A program made the position numbers and the translations under genes. A stretch of 64,000 bases of DNA from an uncultured Alphaproteobacteria bacterium (GTDB lineage Bacteria > Pseudomonadota > Alphaproteobacteria > HIMB59 > GCA-002718135): assembly GCA_902560725.1 (NCBI GenBank), contig CACEMR010000002.1, forward strand, positions 66,706-130,705. Reading direction: 5' to 3'. The notes below the pieces were generated by a model. It had not been told where the DNA came from and did not search any database. It saw only the letters and a list, made by a program, of their open reading frames with translations. The first letter of the stretch is position 1. The number at the start of each line of letters is the position of its first letter. Shown one piece after another: positions 57,073 to 64,000 of this stretch.

Positions 57073-58246
57073 CAGTCAATTGATAATTATATACGTATTT
57101 AATTATTTCTTTTGCGCAATTGACTTTTGTCATTTTTTTAAAATTCTTTATTTCATTATTTGTGATAATTGATATCTTGTTATAATCAGATCCAAATACT
57201 TTATTTTTTTTACTAACTTTATTATAAATTATCATATCACAATTTTTATTTATAAGCTTTTTTTTTGCATAAGAGATGCTTCCAGTTTCAGCTGCAAATC
57301 CTACTAATATTTTAGGTCTCTTATTTTTATTAATACTAATTTTTTCTAAAATATCGATATTTTGAACAAGATTTAGATTTAAAGATTTTTTCTTTTTAAA
57401 TTTTGTATTTAATATTATTTTATTTTTATAATCTGATACTGCAGCTGTAAAAAAACCAATATCTATATTAGAAATATTTTTTACCTTTTTATACATTTCT
57501 TTGGCGGATTTAATTTGAATAAATTTCACATTTGGAGGTGGGTCTAGATTTGTAGGTCCAGAAATTAAAATAACTTTTGCTCCATTAATTGCTAGTTGAG
57601 AAGCAATTTCATATCCTTGTTTTCCAGAAGATTGATTTGAAATATATCTTATTGGATCAATCATTTCTATAGTTGGCCCAGCCGTTACTAGGCATTTTTT
57701 ATTACGAAAAATATTATAACTTTCAAGATTTTGTTTTAATTTAATTAAAATTTTTTTTGTATCACTTATTCTGCCAAGTCCAAACTCACCACATTTTAAA
57801 TTTCCAATCTCAGGACCAATAAATTCGTGCCCTAGATTTTTTATAGTTGAAATATTTTTTTGATTAGATTTATTTGCCCACATTTGACTATTCATTGCTG
57901 GAGCAAATAAAATTTTTTTATCTGATGCCAAAAGTGTGTTTGATGCTAAATTATCTCCATACCCATTAGCAAATTTTGCTATTGAATTTGCTGATGCTGG
58001 ACATACAAAAATAAGATCATTATTTCTAGATAAATTAATATGAAGCATCTTTTCTTTTTTTTCTGAGCTATCTGTAAATATTCTATTTTTTGTAAATTTT
58101 TTAATATCTCGAATATTAATATATTTTTTAGCTTCATTAGTTAGAATACAACTTATTTGAATTTTTTCAGAATCAAGTGATTTAATAATTTCTTTACATT
58201 TTGTAGCTGCAATAGACCCTGTTATTATAAATAAAATTTTATTCAT
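57065..58246 (-). CDS. coaBC: Bifunctional phosphopantothenoylcysteine decarboxylase / phosphopantothenate-cysteine ligase
   Basis: Flavoprotein N-domain (ITGSIAATK, PAMN) and a DFP C-domain (TAGPT, SSGKQG). The ATG at 58246 overlaps the ubiE TGA; the track uses the TTG at 58249. Confidence 0.85.
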   Translation of the reverse strand: MNKILFIITGSIAATKCKEIIKSLDSEKIQISCILTNEAKKYINIRDIKKFTKNRIFTDSSEKKEKMLHINLSRNNDLIFVCPASANSIAKFANGYGDNLASNTLLASDKKILFAPAMNSQMWANKSNQKNISTIKNLGHEFIGPEIGNLKCGEFGLGRISDTKKILIKLKQNLESYNIFRNKKCLVTAGPTIEMIDPIRYISNQSSGKQGYEIASQLAINGAKVILISGPTNLDPPPNVKFIQIKSAKEMYKKVKNISNIDIGFFTAAVSDYKNKIILNTKFKKKKSLNLNLVQNIDILEKISINKNKRPKILVGFAAETGSISYAKKKLINKNCDMIIYNKVSKKNKVFGSDYNKISIITNNEIKNFKKMTKVNCAKEIIKYVYNYQLTDE

Positions 58247-58977
58247 CAAATTTTGTAACCAGTGTGTATTGCAACAATGCCATTAAATAAGTTAATAGAT
58301 TTTATATTTTCAAAACCAGATGAAATTAATATTTCTGTAAGCTCATCTTGAGTTGGAAATAAATCAATACTTTCACTTAGATACTTGTATGCATCTTTGT
58401 CTTTTGCAACTATATCTCCTAAAATAGGTAAAATTTTTGATTTGTAAGTTTTATACGAATTTGAAATCAATGATGATTTGGGATTGCTAAATTCTAAGCA
58501 ACAATATTTTCCACCAGGTTTAAGAACACGATAAGCTTCTTTTATTGATAATTTATATTCTGTTATATTTCTTAAACAAAAAGAAATTAAATATTTATCA
58601 AAAAAACTATTTTTAAAATTTAATTTTTCTGCATTTCCAATAATAAAACTTATATTTTTTTGTTTTCTTAACCTTTTTTTACTTTCATTTAGCATTTCTT
58701 TATTTAAATCAAGTAAATATAATTTAGCTAACAATTTTTTTTTAATTATTTCGTTTACTATATCTCCTGAACCCGAACCTACGTCTAAAATAACATCATT
58801 ATTTTTGATATCTATAATTTCAATAAATCTTTTTTTCCACAATCTATGCATTCCAAAACTCATTAAATCATTCATTTTGTCGTAATTAGAGGCAACACTT
58901 GAAAATACATTTTGTACAAGTTTTGTCTTTTGTTTTGAATTTACTTTTGTATAACCAAAATTATAATCTTTTTTCAT
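58246..58977 (-). CDS. ubiE: Ubiquinone/menaquinone biosynthesis C-methyltransferase
   Basis: VFSSVASNYDKMNDLMSFGMHRLWKK and the LDVGSGSGD SAM motif. Confidence 0.9.
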   Translation of the reverse strand: MKKDYNFGYTKVNSKQKTKLVQNVFSSVASNYDKMNDLMSFGMHRLWKKRFIEIIDIKNNDVILDVGSGSGDIVNEIIKKKLLAKLYLLDLNKEMLNESKKRLRKQKNISFIIGNAEKLNFKNSFFDKYLISFCLRNITEYKLSIKEAYRVLKPGGKYCCLEFSNPKSSLISNSYKTYKSKILPILGDIVAKDKDAYKYLSESIDLFPTQDELTEILISSGFENIKSINLFNGIVAIHTGYKI

Positions 58978-58978
58978 T

Positions 58979-59797
58979 ATGCCAGAACTACCTGAAGTTG
59001 AAACTACTGTAAAAGGTCTTGAAGTTATAAGAAAGGAAAAAATTAATAAAATTCAAATTCATACAAAAAAACTTCGTTTAAAAATACCTAATAATTTAAA
59101 ATATATATTATTAAATTCTAAAATATCCAATATTAGAAGAATTGCAAAATATATTCTTATAGACCTAGATAATAGTTATTCACTTGTAGTACATTTAGGC
59201 ATGTCAGGCAGGCTAAAAATCAATAAACAAAATTATATTAGAGTAAAGCATGACCATTTTATGATTTTTTTTAAAAATGAAAAAGTATTAGTATTTAATG
59301 ATCAAAGAAAATTTGGTTTTATAGATATAGTAAAAACAAACAATTTAGAAAAAAAACAATATATTTTTAATTTGGGAATAGATGCTCTGAGTAAAAAATT
59401 AGATTATCAATTTTTATATAATCGAATTTCAAAATCAGAAGTTCCTATTAAGCAAATATTATTAAATCAGAGAATTATTGCAGGTATAGGAAATATTTAT
59501 GCGTCCGAAATATTATTTGATTGTAACATATCTCCCTTAACACCCGGAAAAAATTTAAAAATTAGTCACATAATGAAACTAATTTTATCAATCCGTAGAA
59601 TTTTAAGAAAAGCTATTAAATTTGGGGGCTCTAGTATAAAAAATTATAAATCTGCTGATGGCACTTTAGGTAATTTTCAATCTAATTTCAAAGTATATGG
59701 CAGAGAGGGCAAAAAAATTGGTAAACATAAGGTCCAGAAGATTGTTCAATATGGTAGATCTACATTTTATTGTCCACAAATTCAAAATAATAAATAA
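58979..59797 (+). CDS. mutM: Formamidopyrimidine-DNA glycosylase (Fpg/MutM) with degenerate zinc finger
   Basis: MPELPEVE catalytic N-terminus and an H2TH region (IAGIGNIYASEILF). The C-terminal finger retains only 1 of the 4 canonical Cys. Confidence 0.85.
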   Translation: MPELPEVETTVKGLEVIRKEKINKIQIHTKKLRLKIPNNLKYILLNSKISNIRRIAKYILIDLDNSYSLVVHLGMSGRLKINKQNYIRVKHDHFMIFFKNEKVLVFNDQRKFGFIDIVKTNNLEKKQYIFNLGIDALSKKLDYQFLYNRISKSEVPIKQILLNQRIIAGIGNIYASEILFDCNISPLTPGKNLKISHIMKLILSIRRILRKAIKFGGSSIKNYKSADGTLGNFQSNFKVYGREGKKIGKHKVQKIVQYGRSTFYCPQIQNNK

Positions 59798-59814
59798 TTT
59801 AATAATTAATTCAA

Positions 59815-59842
59815 TTGACATAGTATTTTTTAAATTTATAGC
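59815..59842 (+). promoter_or_regulatory. Candidate sigma-70 promoter of rpsT (TTGACA-N16-TATAGC)
   Basis: Perfect -35 TTGACA at 59815-59820 and TATAGC at 59837-59842. The ATG of rpsT starts 7 nt after the -10, and no SD is visible. Confidence 0.35.
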
Positions 59843-59848
59843 ATCCAT

Positions 59849-60109
59849 ATGGCAAATCATGTTTCTGCAAAAAAAAGATCTAGACAAAATAAGGTTAGAA
59901 ATACTATTAATTCTCAATACCTATCAAAGTTTAGAACTGCTCTAAATAAATTCAAAGCTTCTGTTGAAGCAAAAAATGAGCAAGATATTCAAAAATCCTA
60001 TAGTGCTGTCAACTCAATAATGGCCAAAGCACTAAAAAAAGGTATCTTTAAAAAAGAAAACATATCCAGAAAGTTATCCTCTTTATCAAAACAAATTTCA
60101 AAAAAATAA
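59849..60109 (+). CDS. rpsT: 30S ribosomal protein S20
   Basis: MANHVSAKKRSRQNKVRN is a typical S20 N-terminus; 86 aa and basic. Confidence 0.95.
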   Translation: MANHVSAKKRSRQNKVRNTINSQYLSKFRTALNKFKASVEAKNEQDIQKSYSAVNSIMAKALKKGIFKKENISRKLSSLSKQISKK

Positions 60110-60256
60110 ATATTTTTTTATTTTTTTCACTTTTCTTCTTGCTAAAATTATCTAAAGGGTGTTCATATAAAATTATTAATTTGGTGATTTAATTTTACGA
60201 CGTTAGGTTTTTGTGCGTAAGATTATAAAATTCAAAAACCGTATTATTGGGGGACA

Positions 60257-61651
60257 ATGGATAATACATCAACTATTTTTGACGAAAGTAAATGGTCCTC
60301 CCTTAAAAAAGATTTAAAAAAAACTGTTGGTGATACTGCATATAATAATTGGATTAAACACTTAAACTATGTATCACTCCAAGATAACACAATCACTTTT
60401 TCTGTCCCTACAAAATTTTTAAGGGATTGGATTGTAAACAATTATTCTGACAAGATTAAGAATGAAGCAAAACAATATTTAAAATCTGTTGATGTAATTA
60501 AATTTGTAGTTAAACCTAATGGCGGAAGGATAGTGCCAGGGACTACTCGAACAATTAAAAGTACAGATAATCATTGGAAGTCTAGTCTTGATGTAAGATC
60601 TAATCAAACATCTAACTATCCCAATGAGTTTGGAGCACCTCTTGATCCTCGCTTTACATTTGATAATTTTGTAGTTGGCAAACCAAATGAATTAGCCTTT
60701 GCAGCCTCACAAAGAATCTCTGAAGCTGATAAAATTACTTTCAATCCTCTTTTTTTATGTGGAGGAGTCGGTTTAGGAAAAACACATTTAATGCATGCAA
60801 TTGGATGGAAGATTAAGGAACAACAACCAGAAAGAAAAGTTATTTATTTATCTGCTGAAAAATTTATGTATCAATTTGTAAGAGCATTACGTTATAAAGA
60901 CACATCTGCATTTAAGGAACAATTTAGATCAATAGATGTTCTTATGATTGACGATGTTCAATTTATAAGTGGAAAAGATAATACCCAAGAAGAATTTTTT
61001 CATACCTTCAACGCCCTAATTGAACAAAATAAACAAATTGTTATATCTGCTGATAAATCACCTTCAGATCTTGATGGTGTTCAAGAGAGACTTAAATCTA
61101 GATTGGGTTGTGGGTTAGTAGCTGATATACATCCAACTACCTATGAATTAAGACTAGGTATCCTAATTGAAAAAGCTCAAAAAAGAGGTGTTGAAATACC
61201 TCCTAAAGTTCTCGAATTTTTATCACATAGAATAATCTCAAATGTAAGAGAAATGGAGGGCGCATTAAATAGATTAGTTGCTCATGCAACTTTAGTTGGA
61301 ACATCTATAACAGTTGAAACTGCTCAACTTGTTCTTCAAGATTTACTTAAATCATCAAATAAAAAAATTACAATTGAGGAAATTCAAAAGAAAGTTGCAG
61401 AACACTTCAATATTAGAATTACAGATATGCATTCACCAAGAAGATCTAGATCTGTTGCAAGGCCTAGACAAATTGCTATGTATTTAGCAAAATCTATTAC
61501 TTCAAGATCTTTACCTGAAATTGGTAGGAAATTTGGGGGTAGAGATCATACAACTGTAATGCATGCAGTAAAGAAAATAGAAGAATTAAAACTATCTGAT
61601 ATAAATTTTAATGAAGATTTGGAATTACTTAAAAGACTTATAGATTCTTAA
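60257..61651 (+). CDS. dnaA: Chromosomal replication initiator protein DnaA
   Basis: AAA+ Walker A GGVGLGKTHL, box VII/sensor motifs, and the domain IV DNA-binding helix (GRDHTTVMHA). Confidence 0.95.
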   Translation: MDNTSTIFDESKWSSLKKDLKKTVGDTAYNNWIKHLNYVSLQDNTITFSVPTKFLRDWIVNNYSDKIKNEAKQYLKSVDVIKFVVKPNGGRIVPGTTRTIKSTDNHWKSSLDVRSNQTSNYPNEFGAPLDPRFTFDNFVVGKPNELAFAASQRISEADKITFNPLFLCGGVGLGKTHLMHAIGWKIKEQQPERKVIYLSAEKFMYQFVRALRYKDTSAFKEQFRSIDVLMIDDVQFISGKDNTQEEFFHTFNALIEQNKQIVISADKSPSDLDGVQERLKSRLGCGLVADIHPTTYELRLGILIEKAQKRGVEIPPKVLEFLSHRIISNVREMEGALNRLVAHATLVGTSITVETAQLVLQDLLKSSNKKITIEEIQKKVAEHFNIRITDMHSPRRSRSVARPRQIAMYLAKSITSRSLPEIGRKFGGRDHTTVMHAVKKIEELKLSDINFNEDLELLKRLIDS

Positions 61652-61676
61652 TTTAAATTATTTTATATCTAAACTT

Positions 61677-62792
61677 ATGAAATTTCAAATTTCAAAACAA
61701 AAGATATTTAGGACCTTATCACACCTACAGGGTATAGTTGATAAAAAAAATACATTACCAATTTTATCTAATATTATGCTTGAAGCTAAAGATAATTCAC
61801 TAATTCTTTCTTCTACCGATATGGACATATCAATTGTAGAAAAGTTAGATTGTAATGTTTTAGAAAATGGAGCTACGACAATTAATTCTCAGATAATATA
61901 TGATATAGTTAGAAAACTGGATGATAATAGTGAAGTAGAAGTAATATCAAATAATGGTAAGATATTAACATTAAGAGCTAGTGGATCTAGATTTTCATTA
62001 TCTTGTCTACCAAAAGAGGATTTTCCAATAATTGATCAGCAGACTGATGGAATAAATATAAAGTTAAATTCTCAAGTCTTATTTAAGCTTATAGATAAAA
62101 CTAAATTTGCCATATCAAATGAGGAAACAAGGTATTTTTTAAATGGATTATATTTTAATATATATAAAGAAAATGATAAATCTGAAGTTACATTAGTTGG
62201 AACAGATGGACATCGATTAGCTAAATCTAGTCACATCTTAGATCAAAATATTGAGCAAGTTACTGGTGTAATTATTCCTAAAAAAACTATTAATGAATTA
62301 TCCAAATTATTGTCTGATCTTGATCAAGAAATTGATATTACAATTAGTACAAATAAAATTATTTTTTATATTAATAATTTGGTTTTTATATCTAAATTAA
62401 TTGATGGAACATTTCCTGATTATAAAAGAGTAATTCCAATAGATAACCAAAATATTTTAGAGGTTGATAGAGAAAATCTTCTATCTGCTGTTGATAGAGT
62501 TAGTACTATAGCAAATGAAAAATCTCCTGTTATTAAATTGAAGTTATTAAAAGATATTATGAATCTAAACACAATCAATAATGATAATAGTACCGCAACT
62601 GAAGATTTAAAATTAAATTACGATGGTGATGACTTTGAAATCGGTTTCAATTCAAAGTATATTATGGATATTGTAAATAATTTAGAAGATGAAATTATTA
62701 CTTTAAAGTTTAAAGATGGATCATCACCTATAATAGCACAAGAAAAATCTAATTCAAATTTAGTATATGTTTTGATGCCAATGAGAGTTTAA
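61677..62792 (+). CDS. dnaN: DNA polymerase III beta sliding clamp
   Basis: 371-aa three-domain clamp (LPILSNIML, GTDGHRLA, PDYKRVIP) directly after dnaA. Confidence 0.95.
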   Translation: MKFQISKQKIFRTLSHLQGIVDKKNTLPILSNIMLEAKDNSLILSSTDMDISIVEKLDCNVLENGATTINSQIIYDIVRKLDDNSEVEVISNNGKILTLRASGSRFSLSCLPKEDFPIIDQQTDGINIKLNSQVLFKLIDKTKFAISNEETRYFLNGLYFNIYKENDKSEVTLVGTDGHRLAKSSHILDQNIEQVTGVIIPKKTINELSKLLSDLDQEIDITISTNKIIFYINNLVFISKLIDGTFPDYKRVIPIDNQNILEVDRENLLSAVDRVSTIANEKSPVIKLKLLKDIMNLNTINNDNSTATEDLKLNYDGDDFEIGFNSKYIMDIVNNLEDEIITLKFKDGSSPIIAQEKSNSNLVYVLMPMRV

Positions 62793-62799
62793 TAAAAGT

Positions 62800-63885
62800 T
62801 TGGTAAAAATAAATAATATTTCACTCATCAACTTTAGAAATTTTGAAAACAAAGAAATTTTATTTGATAAAAAAATAAATATTTTTTTTGGAGATAATGG
62901 TTCAGGAAAAACAAATATACTAGAAAGCATATCATTATTATCCAAGGGCAGAGGTATAAGAAACTCTAATCTTTCAAATTTGATAAAACAAAATAAAGAA
63001 AATTTTTTTATTAAAACATCATTAGAAATAAATAATGATTCATATAATGTTGAAGTATATTCAAAAAAAATAGATAATAAAATTAAGAAAATTACAAATG
63101 TTAACGATGATCATTCAAGGGAATCTTTAAATTTTTTAAATTCATCTTTATCAAATTTAATTTTCTTACCAGAAATGGAAAGACTTTTTCATTCATCTCC
63201 AACTTATAGGAGAAATTTTATTGATAGATTAATTTTTTCTGAAAATAATGAATATAACAAAATAATAAACAAATATAAAAAAAATTTACTTGAAAGGACT
63301 AAAATTCTTCAACAAAATGAAATAGATAGTAATTGGATTAATAGAATTGAAATTGAATTATCTCAAATTGGATTACAAATATATAAATTAAGAAATTTAA
63401 AGATAAATTCTTTAAATAGTCTTATTAGTAATTTAAATAAAACTAATAACTATCCATTTGATATTAATCTAAATCTTAAAGATGAATTTTATGAACCTGA
63501 TTTAACTCCTGAGAAATACAATAGCTTGTTATATAATTCTAGAGATTATGATAAAAAATTTGGTGGATCTAAAATAGGACCTCATAAGTCAGATTTTTTT
63601 GTTAATATTAATAATGAATATGATGCCTCACAACTATCAACAGGCCAACAAAAAACAGTTGTATTAATGGTAATTCTTGCTCAATGCCATAACTTAGTTA
63701 ATTTAAAAGAAATTAAACCAGTCTTATTATTTGATGAGATTTGCTCCCATCTAGACACGCATAACCGTAAGATATTATTAGATATGATAAATAACTTTGA
63801 CATACAATTTTTTCTAACAGGCACTGAAAGAACTTTATTTTCTTTTATATCAACAAATGTTCAATTTTATAATATAACAAATTAA
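62800..63885 (+). CDS. recF: DNA replication and repair protein RecF
   Basis: INFRNF..., Walker [10 protein letters not shown], signature LSTGQQK, Walker [15 protein letters not shown] start. Confidence 0.9.
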   Translation: MVKINNISLINFRNFENKEILFDKKINIFFGDNGSGKTNILESISLLSKGRGIRNSNLSNLIKQNKENFFIKTSLEINNDSYNVEVYSKKIDNKIKKITNVNDDHSRESLNFLNSSLSNLIFLPEMERLFHSSPTYRRNFIDRLIFSENNEYNKIINKYKKNLLERTKILQQNEIDSNWINRIEIELSQIGLQIYKLRNLKINSLNSLISNLNKTNNYPFDINLNLKDEFYEPDLTPEKYNSLLYNSRDYDKKFGGSKIGPHKSDFFVNINNEYDASQLSTGQQKTVVLMVILAQCHNLVNLKEIKPVLLFDEICSHLDTHNRKILLDMINNFDIQFFLTGTERTLFSFISTNVQFYNITN

Positions 63886-64000
63886 TGAATACTGAATATT
63901 CTTCTGACTCAATTAAAGTACTAAAAGGATTAGAAGCAGTCAGAAAAAGACCTGGAATGTACATAGGAGATACCGACGATGGATCAGGTCTTCATCAAAT
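63885..64000 (+). CDS. gyrB: DNA gyrase subunit B, 3'-truncated by window edge
   Basis: My translation is [38 protein letters not shown], the canonical GyrB N-terminus. TAATG overlap with the recF stop. Confidence 0.9.
   Translation, partial: MNTEYSSDSIKVLKGLEAVRKRPGMYIGDTDDGSGLHQ

Noticed and set aside
59798-60256. Chromosomal origin (oriC) adjacent to dnaA
   Set aside because: Only one 8/9 and two 7/9 DnaA-box-like sites are present, with no clustered boxes or obvious AT-rich 13-mer-type unwinding repeats. About 20 kb of highly expressed + strand operons (nusA to pnp) to the left would be head-on to a fork leaving this site. Alphaproteobacterial origins are often not next to dnaA. GC-skew analysis of the whole genome is needed.
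1-64000. Remaining short ORFs of 60-100 aa on the track, antisense to or out of frame within annotated genes. Examples: 291..482, 775..966, 4582..4776, 5562..5756, 8411..8599, 12160..12357, 13885..14079, 17866..18096, 18348..18620, 18948..19133, 19917..20162, 21018..21221, 25164..25427, 26285..26758, 32338..32556, 32884..33093, 33555..33851, 37817..38011, 41038..41283, 41439..41714, 41803..42018, 44948..45217, 46429..46686, 47127..47309, 48646..49125, 54970..55468, 56636..57172, 59666..59945, 62760..62945.
   Set aside because: Each is fully nested in, or overlaps out of frame, a longer ORF with clear family motifs. None has a recognisable domain or an SD.
1-64000. Search for tRNA, rRNA, CRISPR arrays, IS elements, integrases, toxin-antitoxin pairs or defence-system genes
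   Set aside because: All intergenic spacers are 220 nt or shorter, AT-rich and lack cloverleaf-like GC stems. I saw no spaced repeat arrays by eye. No ORF has transposase, integrase, nuclease-helicase or TA-like features. This is visual inspection only, so short ncRNAs cannot be excluded.

Overview
This window is a very AT-rich, tightly packed alphaproteobacterial chromosome segment. About 66 CDS tile it almost completely, and many stop/start pairs overlap (ATGA, TAATG). Two divergent gene pairs have start codons 0-1 nt apart. Gene content, order and composition fit best with a SAR11/Pelagibacterales-type genome; that assignment is inference, not a database hit. I found no rRNA, tRNA, CRISPR array, IS element, integrase or prophage gene. 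From left to right the window holds: an Fe(3+) ABC system (fbpA is cut by the window edge); an M48 lipoprotein peptidase; purine salvage (add plus a PfkB kinase); an orphan family-5 SBP; msrPQ; an MFS carrier; and a pair of tiny zinc-ribbon genes, one of them a 52-aa NDUFS6-like ORF missing from the ORF track. Next comes a contiguous block of about 20 kb (12.6-33.3 kb) devoted to phosphorus stress and phosphonates. After it lie conserved housekeeping operons (murJ-trpS-nfu; tsaB-rimI-miaB-phoH-ybeY-corC-lnt-trmB; nusA-infB-rbfA-truB-rpsO-pnp plus a GDPD gene), then fabA-fabB-fabI, thiF/moeB-like, coaBC, ubiE, mutM and rpsT, and finally dnaA-dnaN-recF-gyrB (gyrB is cut by the window edge). The P block carries a recognisable PhnW/PhnY/PhnA 2-aminoethylphosphonate route with a sugar-type ABC importer, PiT plus DUF47, and the plcP-agt lipid-remodelling pair. 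It also carries three unexplained modules, which I consider the best candidates for undescribed biology. The first is a MetE-like Zn alkyltransferase, a PhpC-like Fe-ADH and a 368-aa methyltransferase-like protein in one operon. The second is a phnW / AllA-family cupin / metallophosphoesterase operon. The third is a PhnZ-like HD diiron oxygenase with no PhnY*-type hydroxylase in the window, translationally coupled to a CX5R phosphatase. All family calls rest on motifs read by eye from the translations. No searches or computations were run.
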